Shown in pieces: positions 10,552-21,424 of a DNA stretch of 64,000 nucleotides; position 1 is the first letter of the stretch, and the number at the start of each line of letters is the position of its first letter. The stretch spans positions 2,976,001 through 3,040,000 of the forward strand of contig JBLDXI010000042.1 of NCBI GenBank assembly GCA_047495785.1. The letters run 5' to 3'. The position numbers and the translations under genes were made by a program. This stretch comes from Lepidodermella squamata. Taxonomy: Eukaryota; Animalia; Gastrotricha. The notes beneath the pieces are model-generated. The model was given only the letters and a program-made list of their open reading frames with translations. It made no database searches and was not told the DNA's origin.

Positions 10552-13500
10552 ATGTTTGATAATGAGGAATTTGTTGTGGTCGACGAAGATGAACCGTCAA
10601 GTAAGAAGCGAATGATTGATGTAAGTGAAATCAATTTTTTCTTTTATTTATTTTTAAAAGTATTTTTCTTCAGCCAACAATATGTCAAGTTTGTCGAACT
10701 ATTTTGAGGGTACCAAAAATCTTGCCGAATTGTGGCCATTGTTTCTGTTTGGAATGCTTGAATAAGTCGATCACGCCTAAAGCACCCCATGGAGAGATTG
10801 CCTGCCCGGAATGTTCGGTTGCTAGCAAACTCGGCTCAAGTGGTGTCTATGGTAATTAAGTCAATACTCTTTCATTTCATATTCATTCTTGCAAGTGAAA
10901 AGTGAGGTTTGGCGAAAACTTCGAATTTGTTGAGAAAATCGGAAGATTTTAAAGGCTTTAAAAAGGAGTCCTTCTACCAGAACCAAATTGACGGTGAGCG
11001 GAACCATATTTGCCCTCGAGCGAAGCCCGATTTCGGTATTTTTAATTGCCCGAGAACATATTTTACAGGGTGCCATGGTTGACCCATATAATTATAAATA
11101 AATTGACATTAAATTCAGCGTAAAATTCTACGTACGACTTAGTTTTCAATTCTGAAGTCATTTTTTGCCTCAAATTCTTGAAATTATTTGAAAAGGGACA
11201 CTTCATATTTTGGAAATTTTGAGTTTGGTTCCGCTAAATAATAGGTAATCTGCTTTGAAAAGGGCGATTCCCATCTTTCAATGTGGCACATTTTGAAATT
11301 TGTGTTCTCCTTAATCTCCGTAAAGTCTTCCCGTTTTGCCGGCTTAATTTTACGAATTTTTGACCACCCCTCACGATTCCTCACCTTTTTAAACCCATTA
11401 GAAAATTGATTGAGCAGAAGATGAGTACTTGTACATTTTCAGAAGAGGCGCCCGACCGCATCATAAACAGGCGCGTGTTTGACACGGCCATAGAAAAAAT
11501 TGGCTCGGATTCATAAGTTTTTTTTAGGATTTTTTTTTAAGAATGAACGCGTGTTTAACGGAACGTTCATTCTGGCGTTTTTTCTTGACGATCACGCCAA
11601 TCAATAATGACAGATAGCTAGAGCTTGCTGTAACCATTCGAATTTCGGTCCTAATTTACGACGGTTTCAAGTTTACCCACCGAAAAACAAATGGAGGAAA
11701 AAATACTGATCGTGATATGGACAGCCTTTCAGAATCACACTGTAGATGTCATTTTATCGTTTGAGTAATTTCTGGTATTTAATACAGGTCTCAAGACAAA
11801 TTTTCCTCTTCAAAAAGTGGCTGAGTTGTTTCGCGCCGAGGAGAGTGGTTTTGCCCCGATGGGACTCCCCGAAGCTTGCCGGCACGTTTACCAGTCTGAA
11901 TCAGCAAATTCTAGCTCGAAAATTTGTGAGCATTGCGTATTGCCGTTTTGTCAAACCTGCCTTCGGGGACACCACGAAATTGTAGCCAAACAGGCCATTG
12001 ATACGTACAAGGTCACAATGAGCCGGTTGAAGTACTGCTTCAATTCTGCGGATCCTAACGAAATTTCAGAATCCGTCGAGAAGGCAGTGATTTCCAAGGC
12101 GAATGCGGCTAAATTGATGGCTCAGCTTGAAATTGAACGGGTCAAGGAAATGATCAATGAAAAATTGCGGGAGAGATTGGCAAAAATGGAGTTCGAAATC
12201 GATACTGTTGCGAGTGGGAAATTGCAGGAGATTCGCAAGTCGTTTGGCAAACTCGGCGACTTGTACTCGTCTTTACAAGCCAAATCAAGCCTGCTGTCAA
12301 CGTCCCCCAGGGCTATGTCTCTTACTGAGCTAGCAACTATGCATAACGAAAACGCTTTTGTTGGCCAACAGGTATGTGCAGTTTTTATCTCGAAGATTTT
12401 TTAGATTTCTTAATTCTTTGATTAAATTATATTCACGATAAGACTTCATTGAAGTTGATTATCATCTAAAAATCGTGTGTAACCTTGCGTTCGGTCCTTG
12501 AGATATGCTTGCCGAAATTTTGAATTTTTTTCAAATTTCTGAAAAATTTAGGATTACTCGCTTATTATCGTAAGAATGAGCGTATTACGCTCAAGACAAG
12601 GGGCTTGATAAATAGCCTAGCAAAAAACCAGATCCAGAGGATCTCACTAGTGGGAAATTCGATAAACTGAGCCGCGTATCGATCCAATACAGAAATTTTT
12701 ATGGCAGACGAGTCACGTGTTTCGAAATTTTTCCAATAATAGATGGGAAATTAAAATCTCCAACCATGCAAAAGACACCAGAAAGATAATATTTAATATT
12801 TGGAGACCTTATATGGGTGAGATAGGTGATTGGTAACATCAAAGAAACAATAGAAGTGAAATCAATTTGAAGGAAAAACAGAAAGCGTTGACTACCGGCC
12901 CTAATATCACCGAAGCTTCTTGCTTCCAGCCTGAGTCAACACATCAGAGAAAAATCGACGTAGCCATAAAAGCAAGGCTCCGGGCCCATCGTAGTTCCGT
13001 CCAGCCCCAAGTGTCGGATGCGATAAACAGTAATTCAACAAGAATAGATCGATATGGTCGGTCCTAGGTCCTTGCTGTCGCCTGATGTCATGTTGCGGGA
13101 TGCCCACTAACCATTTCTATGTCGTCCTCGATTTTCTGAGCTGCGGTGTCCCAACTGAGCTTAGCAGCCGATCCTGGTGCTCGGATTCTCTGGCAAATGA
13201 CACGTATCACACCGAGACACAACCCGTGAAGGTAGCCGGGGACGGTTTCTTCTATTACATTGTAGAAAAGTAGGCGAAACAGTGGTCTCAAGTTGTAGGT
13301 ACCCTCCGTTTCAACATTGCCTTTATATGTGCCTCCGGATTCGTCGAAACGTTGCTTAGATAGTAGCATTGCTAGTTTTTCAGACTCGTAAGTTCGAAGG
13401 TCTAAAGGGGCTCGGAGCTTCGCCCTCTCCCGGAAAAATGACAGTACTATTGCAACCATATCTATAGGAAGTCGAATTAGAATATAAACTGGCAAATGTT

Positions 13501-16019
13501 TAGCCGTGGCAAGTCAGGCCTGGAATTCAAAATTGAAGCTAATTATTAAAATACCTATATATCAACAGTTATTAGCATAATTTACGAAGAATGGCTGGTG
13601 CAAGACTGGAAGAAGACCATTCATTAAACATCGCTGTCTTCAGTTAAACTGCTGCTTTCGTTTCCGCTGAGCTCCAGGTCGCCTTGAGCTTCTCCGTTGT
13701 TATTTTCTTCTTGACGCTGACTTTCTTCGTCTTCTTCGTTAGGTACCACCTCGGCTGTTGTGATCGGCAATTAGGGCCGAGTTGCCGGAGCATGCGCATC
13801 TTCTCTTGTTTTCTTGACGGCCGTGACGGCATGGCTGGGCTGCGGATGGTCAAGCAGCGGTTGGCCAGTCAGTTTGTGGTTGGCCGAGTTGCGATTTTCG
13901 CTGTTTAATCTTATGGTGTTATAAGCGGCTTTTGGAGTATGCAAGTTGTTTTTGGTTTCAGCTGTCACGGTTGGGTTTAGCCTTGATCCTTTGATCCTTC
14001 AAATGAAATCGCCGAATTGCAAGTAGTTGATTAAAATATTCGGCAGCAGCAGGGCGATTAAATCCTCCTCATGCTCGTCAGGTAGAAATTATATGGTGTT
14101 TAAATGTGGATTGCGACCGACCCTCAACTTCTGCATTGTATTTCACGAGATTAGCCGCATGACAACGTTTATCAGTTTTCTGGTAGTTTTTACAGCTGCG
14201 CATCATCAAAGCAAGAGGACAGGGATGGTGGGAATAAATTTAGTGCGATTCTCAGTGTTTCTCAATGGATAATGCCAACTTCTAGCTTTCATATTTTCAT
14301 CAAGCAGCTCCCACTTGCTACCAGTGGAAACCTCGGGAACGCGTCTCGCTAAGTTCAACTGTTTTAACACGGCATAGGCCTCGTCGCTCTAAATCCCACT
14401 GATTTCCTCGAATAACCTCGTTCAGTCGATGGATGGTCGCGAACCCGGCAAATAGGCTCACCGTCCTCGTTGGTTCGTTTTAGACACCTCTCCCCTGCTT
14501 TCAGACAATCATTCCTTGCTAGTTGTGGCATCAATTCATGTAAATGATCGAGGTCCTCAAGGTCGTCGGCTAAACCATCAGCAGCCTGAGCAAAAGATAC
14601 AACTGGGAAACTACTGATAATCTTCGTCACTTCATCGTGCTTATTGTTATCAAGTTTCTTCGTTGATGGGTATTGCCTAAAAGAATAAGCTGTAAACCGT
14701 TAACCGCAGAAAATTTAGTTGCTGAATTTCAGTAACTCGGTGCTAGAGATTTTCAGTGTTACATTGTTACAGATATTGAGTCATTGCGGTCGGTCGCTGT
14801 CGGGCCAGAAGTCCCGAGTAGGTTCAGTAGAGCAGAGAAAGTGCGAGAAGGTGCATTGTTATTCTGCCGTTTTGTAGCTCTATTCAGCGCCGTTTGGAGC
14901 GTTTAGAGCCTCTCACATCTCTCATAGCCAGGAACAACTGTTCCCCCGTCTCTTGTAGCTCGCCCGATAGGGTTAGCGTTCAGCCGATTTCGAAATTTGT
15001 TTGGTCCTAATATCCGTGTACTTATATAACATTTATTTTAGATTGAAGTGTGCCAAAAATTGAAATCTGAGATCGATAGCCATAGCATCGAACCAAGTAC
15101 GTGTGACCTCGTTCCGCCCGTCATTGTCAATGCCCTCGATTCGGCTCCTTTCAAACCCTCAGCTTCTTGGAAAGAGAGTTCGACCGATGAGGTAATTTGG
15201 TCAAATTGTTTAATCGCTAATTGTTTAATTCAATATTCATTTGTTAAACAGGTTCTATGCGCCTCGAGAGACGATTTAATTCGAGAAGCGACCAACGGGA
15301 ATGCTGAATTTTTCGAAAATCTCCTACCCAAAATTTGGTCGCTGCGGCAGAAAATCAGCCTCCGAAAATTGGCCGAGACGCGGGAGAAAAGTCGATCAGA
15401 CGAGCCCACCCTTCTGCACCTTGCTTGCATCTCCGGTAATTTTAAACTCGTAAAATGTCTGGTCGAGAAATTTTGCGCCGATATCGGGGTTAAAACCGCC
15501 GATCGGAAATTGACCCCATTCCACACGGCCTCGTTGCACGGCCATCTTGAAATCGTCGAGTATCTCACTCAATTAGACCCTGAACAGCCGTCGATTAGAG
15601 ACGAATTCAACACATCAGCTCTTCACATGGCTGCGACGCGAAACAAAGCTGAGGTAGTTGAGTTTTTAGTCGAGAAGGGCAACGCTGAGATTGAGGCTCG
15701 GGATTCATTCGGGCGAACTCCGATGCATTTAGCGGCGAAAAAGAACGCGATTCGCGCCTTCGAAACGCTGTGGCGACTCGGCGCTGACGTCACAGCGGTC
15801 GATGGGCAAAATCGCAGTCCATTGCATGTCGCATGTGCCGCGGCTAGCTCTGACATTGTCCGTTATTTGTTGGAAAAATGCTGTAAATCGCGGTTTTTCC
15901 ACGAGTTGTTGAATAAGCGGGACAGTGCCGGCCTGACTGCGGCTCGATTGGCACGGCGGAAAGGCCATGACCATATTGTTGCTCTATTTTCAAAATCGTC
16001 ATTGTCTCCAGATTCGTAA
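10552..16019 (+). CDS. TRIM-like RING/B-box/coiled-coil-ankyrin protein, copy 2 (with two large repeat-containing introns)
   Basis: Exons 10552-10620, 10674-10851 (RING CQVC...CGHCFCLEC...CPEC), 11788-12371 (GLKTNFPL, B-box, coiled coil), 15042-15191 and 15252-16019 (ankyrin repeats) join in frame. Same architecture as copy 1. Confidence 0.8.
11078..11240. repeat. Interspersed repeat, copy 1 (intronic)
   Basis: Shares attaaattcagcgtaaaattct, aattattt.aaaag and tttggttccgctaaa in the same order with 59693-59875. Confidence 0.65.
13088..14690 (-). mobile_element. Decayed, frameshifted Helitron-like Rep fragment inside intron 3 of TRIM-ANK copy 2
   Basis: Minus-strand pieces read NDCLKAGERCLKR..ICRVRDHP / WHYP..FIPTIPVL / RSCKNYQKTDKR..ANLVKY, resembling the region around Helitron Rep motif III (Y..KY). 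Frameshifts separate the pieces, and the intron is about 50 times the local norm. Confidence 0.4.
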
Positions 16020-16292
16020 TTTCTTACTCAATGAACTGCTTGTTGCGCTTATAATCTAATAAAATCGTGACTTTTACTCAAATAAATTGAATGCATACCC
16101 CCGATTGATGGACTTTTTCTTATCATTTTATTTTGCCTTGAGTTCAAAAAATGTACAACATTGTGACGTGGAATTCGTACTAAGAAGGCTGAAATTAACT
16201 GATCGTGGCATTTTTGTGTGGGGCCTTTCAAGCTGCAATCGAAGAATGCCGTCCTAATTTATTTTGACCACTGCTTCCAGCTTTTAGCTGTC

Positions 16293-17631
16293 TTAAGTTT
16301 GGACAGGGGGCTGGGGACAAAAGTGAACAACATTGACCTGGTAGCAAGAAATATCACATGAAGTCAGCAATATTGAGACTTGACTGATCGGCTGATTGCT
16401 ATGAATTCATTCAGAATAGCACTTGGTCTAGAATTCGGCAGATGTGGCTTATTTTCTGCAGTTGTAGTGATAGTTTGGCTGAAAGCTGCCCCGAATTCAT
16501 ACATAGTGGAAACCAAGTCGTTCAGTTGAGATTTTTCTGCCATTACCGCTTCAGGATCACGCATTCCAATCCCTTTCACAGCTATCAATGTCTGCAAATT
16601 GATGAGCTCGAATTCCGTCAGATTCCGCTGCCTGATGCTACTTATGAGCTGGAAAAATGTATTAAACACCATCTGATAAAAGTAATGGTTATAAAAAGGT
16701 TATATTGACAGTTCAAATGATCTGACTTGAAATTCAGGCAAGAAATCGGTAACCAGCTTGGCATTGGACAGAAAGCTCTCAGACTGACAATAGAGCTGTG
16801 AATTTGCGATGCCGGCAAAGGTCAACGGAAATTGAGACCTCGCGAAAGCTTGATGGCGCTCATTCATTAGCAAACGGTCGAATGCGACGAAAGATTTAAG
16901 ATAATGGGCTGTATGTCTTGCAGCTTGTTCGAAGCTGTCGACAAGTAGATTCCATGCTGACTGATCGTCAGTCATAGCGCGCTTTTCTTTGACAAGGGGT
17001 AACTAATGAAAACGAGCCTTTAGGTTCAGAAGCCCACCACACTCTAGGGATACACTCACCTGTTCAATCATTCTAAAAAACGTGCCCGTTGCAGCTGTTT
17101 GATCATCATTCCAGCCAAAAATTCCCGTATCTGTACGACCCACTATCATATCTGCAGCTTGTAGAAAACTCTCTAGGCAATAATACATAGACAGCTTTAG
17201 CGCCAGTTGGCTTTATATGAATTCATTATTTTACCGATGCCTTTCGATATGCATTTTTCGTATCGACATTTTCGGCAGGACATGCGCCAGACAACTCCAG
17301 AGCCGACGACAAGAGCTGTATTAGGTCCAACCAGGCAATTGTTGTTCCCTGATCTGCATTGAAATTGAAGGTTTTTAGCTGCCGACTGATTGTTACGCTG
17401 CAGCGAAGCTCGATAGCGACTGTAAAATTTCTGTTAATAAAGACCGCACATTCAAGGATATTTTTTAAATGAGCAAACTGATATTACTCGGCAAGCTTGA
17501 CAAAAGGGTCCCTTGGCAGGCTTTCGGTGGCAATCGATGGGAAATTCGCAAACCTGTAGCGGGTTATAAGAGAGGATTTTCAGTCATTTCGTCGGATGTT
17601 TCAGAATAAAAACTCTTACCACGCACTGCAT
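16293..17631 (-). CDS. Divergent nuclear hormone receptor (C4 DBD + LBD)
   Basis: Spliced: MQCV|VCEFPIDCHRKPAKGPFCQACR|KFYSR...FQCRSGNNNC...RMSCRKCRYEKCISKG. LBD-signature-like HYLKSFVAFDRL..ER and LTEFELINL. Seven exons; the first is 12 nt (17620-17631). Confidence 0.8.
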
Positions 17632-18256
17632 ATTTATCCTGCTGCAGCTGAGTCGATTTGCTGTTGTATTATATTACGTTGTGGGCGAAGCTTAAATTGG
17701 AAATGGATAGCCCTGCGTTTCGAGAGTTGCGAAAGTCCATTCATGTCATTTTTCCTATACACCGACGTACATTGTACAATGTCTGACGTACGTTCTCAAT
17801 TACATTAATCGATGCTTAATGGACAGGGGACAATTTAGCTGGGCAAAGCGTATTAAATCTTCATAGGTAGCCTTTTGGTCTGGTCTACTCTGCAGAAGGC
17901 ACGTCCGTTATGAATTGAACTGTTTCCACACTCACCGACGCTTTTCTGACTGTTTTTTTTCCGACCGGCAGACAAAACCTAATTGCTCGATGCTACAATT
18001 GATATTTCCAATAATTTCAAGTTATCTACGAGCTGCATGAACATTCCAAATTTAGATTGTCCAGTCCCGGGAAAGCACTCGGTAATGATAATATTCTGGG
18101 TAATCAGCAGCATTGCAAGAGTTGATCTAGTTAGCTAACGTCATATGATTATTTGAATGGCCTTGCAATCACCGTAAAAGATCACCTGCAAAATTCGTAA
18201 TTTCTACAAACTTTATTTCGACATGAGTAATGCCTGCATTGCTTTATGAGCTACAT

Positions 18257-19081
18257 TCACGTCATCTCAACAGAACCGTTGCTCGAACTCATCAGTGAAC
18301 TATTCCTTAGCCGGTTGACACTGGCCAGTCGCCTTACTTCCAGATCGCTATCTTCGCAATCACTCTCCTCGCCGCTAGATTGACTCGAGATTTGCCGAAC
18401 GCTCTGCGTTTTAGTAGCCACCCGACATACAGCAGTGGCGATAGCGCTCGGATCACTTTGATTAGAAGAAGAACTGTTAACATTGCCAAGACTGCGATAA
18501 TGCAAGTCGCCCGTGTATCGTTGAGTCTGCTGGCCAGTTTTCGTCTTTTTGTTGTAGTATCTGCTTGACTTATTCGAGCTCGCCGTCGTCGTAGAGTCGT
18601 TGCTGATCCGATTTTCAGGTGGCTGCTGCTCGCTAATCAAGTTTGTAATAACGAAAACCGAGGCGTAAAGCTGGCAGTTGTCGCACCGGCACATCCAATG
18701 AAACGCATGTAGACTATCGACGATTTGCCGCCCACCTGCTGTAACTTCGCTGCCAATGTCACTGATAGCAAAACTGTTACTGCTCATGTGATATCGATAG
18801 CTGTTCATATTGTTGCTTGCATCGTTGAAATAGTTGCCGTCTGTGCCTTCCCTTGCCGAATCGTTTTGGTTCGTGTCGTCAATGTCTTGCAGATTTCGCC
18901 GGCGTTTTTTGTGATATTTCTCGACGGCAACAATGAGGCGCCTGCTTAGAATGCGCATAGCTATCAAACGCCATCGAATGGACTTGATTTGAACGATAAC
19001 ATCGACCAGCCATTCGACAAATCGGCCGTTACGGCGTCGAGTGGCTGCGCCTTTACGATTATTCCTCACCTCCGAGTTCAT
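18257..19081 (-). CDS. Intronless Ser/Arg/Asn-rich disordered protein, WxVD-motif family member 1
   Basis: 274-aa ORF with RFVEWLVDVIVQIKSIRW and CRCDNC, shared with the neighbouring ORF. Confidence 0.65.
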   Translation of the reverse strand: MNSEVRNNRKGAATRRRNGRFVEWLVDVIVQIKSIRWRLIAMRILSRRLIVAVEKYHKKRRRNLQDIDDTNQNDSAREGTDGNYFNDASNNMNSYRYHMSSNSFAISDIGSEVTAGGRQIVDSLHAFHWMCRCDNCQLYASVFVITNLISEQQPPENRISNDSTTTASSNKSSRYYNKKTKTGQQTQRYTGDLHYRSLGNVNSSSSNQSDPSAIATAVCRVATKTQSVRQISSQSSGEESDCEDSDLEVRRLASVNRLRNSSLMSSSNGSVEMT

Positions 19082-19817
19082 TATGTGCGCATAACTGAAA
19101 GAAGCCTCTGAAGTCGATTAGGTGAATATTTTAATGCATTTTCATGTGAGGGATACATCGCTAAAATCCTTTCTAATTAATTTTGATCGTAATGCTCTTC
19201 GACGTCATGTGCAAAATATAGTGGGATTTGGGTAGTAGCAGTAGGCACATGATAGCTACAGTTAAATTTTATAATCCCAACAATAGCCAGAGCATCGTCG
19301 ATGCACGAGCTGACATCAATTGAATCCTCAGCAATGAGCGAAAACGTGGGCAGGTTAGGAACAAAAGGCGGGTTAGCATTAATTGATGAAAATATGGGAC
19401 TTGATAATACTAAAAAGTATATTGCGCGAAAAATACCCGCTGCTAATCGAATTGATCATTTTTTGGTCACTTTGTTCGAAATTCGCAAGCTGATTTCGGC
19501 ACATTTTTTCTTGACGAATACACGCGAAGAAGTGTCACGGTGTCTCAAGGGTAAATTTGACCGCAATTGATACGCAAATAAACTGAATACTGTCCGGAAT
19601 TAATTTTCGCAGTCTAGACGATATGGATGAGTGAGTTGCAGACAATTATTTGCAGTTTATATTCTGGCAAAAAACGATTGAAATAATAAACATTTTTATT
19701 TTGAAAAATTTCAAAAGATAATAGAAAAGAAGCTTTGAAAGCTTCAAGCAGAGTTGGAGTTCATTATCATTATAACCAGTGTTGCAGACCTCGTTTGATG
19801 AGCAGAAGAGATCAATT

Positions 19818-20447
19818 TCAGGCTTGGCAGTCGGAAACCTGACGACGTCGTCCTCCATTGCTGGACTCGTAAGATCTCCGATGGTTCGCCACATTATCCG
19901 AGCGTGAGACGTCTCTCTCTGACCGCCATCGCTTTTTGTGTTCGCGTTCCTCGCAGATGCTCATGCGGCTCAATTTGTAAATAGGTGCAACGTTAACAGG
20001 CGAGGTAGATGCAAAGCTTTCTCGAGACATTCGAGGGCTCCGAGCGGAATATCGTCGCCCATTTGCGTTGTTACTGCTGTTGCTAGCGTAATCTCTCCTC
20101 ATCTGCTGCGGTGAGACAGTCCTTGTCGTGTAAACTTGAGAATTGTAGCCCGACGACGACCATGATCCCGACAACTGCATGCACTCGTCGCATTGGCAGT
20201 CGACATCGGACCCGGACGATGGAGCCATGTCATCGAGCCGAGTTGACGAGTATGCTCGATCTTTAGATCGCAAGTTGGAAGATGACTGCCGCCTTAAATG
20301 CCGGCTGCATCGCCACTTGAGTGATTTGATCGTAACAATGGCGTTCACCATCCAATCCAACACGCTACTGCTTTGTCCGGAGGATGAACTTGGGGCTGAC
20401 AACTTGCGAGACATCTTTATTTTCGCTGATGTTTTTACGCTCTTCAA
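19818..20447 (-). CDS. WxVD-motif family member 2
   Basis: ORF (first ATG probably at MSRKL) with VLDWMVNAIVTIKSLKW and CQCDEC; Ser/Arg-rich. Confidence 0.65.
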   Translation of the reverse strand: MKSVKTSAKIKMSRKLSAPSSSSGQSSSVLDWMVNAIVTIKSLKWRCSRHLRRQSSSNLRSKDRAYSSTRLDDMAPSSGSDVDCQCDECMQLSGSWSSSGYNSQVYTTRTVSPQQMRRDYASNSSNNANGRRYSARSPRMSRESFASTSPVNVAPIYKLSRMSICEEREHKKRWRSERDVSRSDNVANHRRSYESSNGGRRRQVSDCQA

Positions 20448-21424
20448 ACGACGTAATGTCTAATTCAGTGTAAAGCAGTGATGAGTGTTGCTTTTAATTT
20501 TGAAGATGTGTCTAATTTTTACTTGCGGTAGCGCAAATCCCGGGGGTGAAGTCGTTGGAGGTGTTCTTAGTGGATTGAAGACGGAGACATATAGTTTCAA
20601 TCAAGTCCTAAAAGGGTCTGCGAGCTGAACATTCAAACCTCAAGTTCTTGGCGTGGTTAGCTGTAATTGGAAGCAAAATGTCTATCCGACGAGAACAAAT
20701 TTAGCCTCAGTGGTCACTAAAATTTGGCTCCCATTATTTTTGCTCGTATCTACACAGTAAGTCTTCAGTGGATAATAAACATTAATGCATGTGAAATTTT
20801 CGTTTTTTGGTGATATTTTCATGGAAAACCTGTCAAAAGTGGCTTAGAAAAAAGATAATATCGGCGAAAGACTGTCAGTCTAAATTTGGGAGATAATTTC
20901 TGACATATTGGTGACATTTTTCGCAACACTACTATCGAGTTCTGTCAGGATTCATTATCTCATTTGCCAAGCAGCCGACAAAAATCTGCGAGGGTGGGCC
21001 TACGAGAAGATTTTAGCGATATATTTAGAATACAGGGTAATGCTCGTGTAATTTGCGTATATCAATATATACGTAATCTGATTATTTTAGGTGTTGTGAC
21101 GGAATATATCGAGAGCCCTTGTAAGCTCTATGATCGAGGAAGCGTAATGATGAATGAATTCGGAGATATCAATTGCTCAATTATGGAATCGTCCTCCTTT
21201 TCTTATTTGTCTAATGCGAACGCGAGGGATGACATTTAAATTCCAATCTATTTTGAATAAAGTACTTTCTGGTTTCCAATGTTGTTTACTACGGCAGCGC
21301 TGACGTACACATGGCGGATAAAATAGGTGAAACCAGGCATAGTATGTACCGCGTGAGAATGACATAGTTATCATCCGGCTTCGCTCCTAGCAAAACATCC
21401 ACTCTGTTGTAGCTTCATGAAATA

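Noticed and set aside
15230-15974. Minus-strand ORFs over the ankyrin exon, and similar antisense ORFs elsewhere
   Set aside because: They are shadow frames of real genes on the opposite strand.
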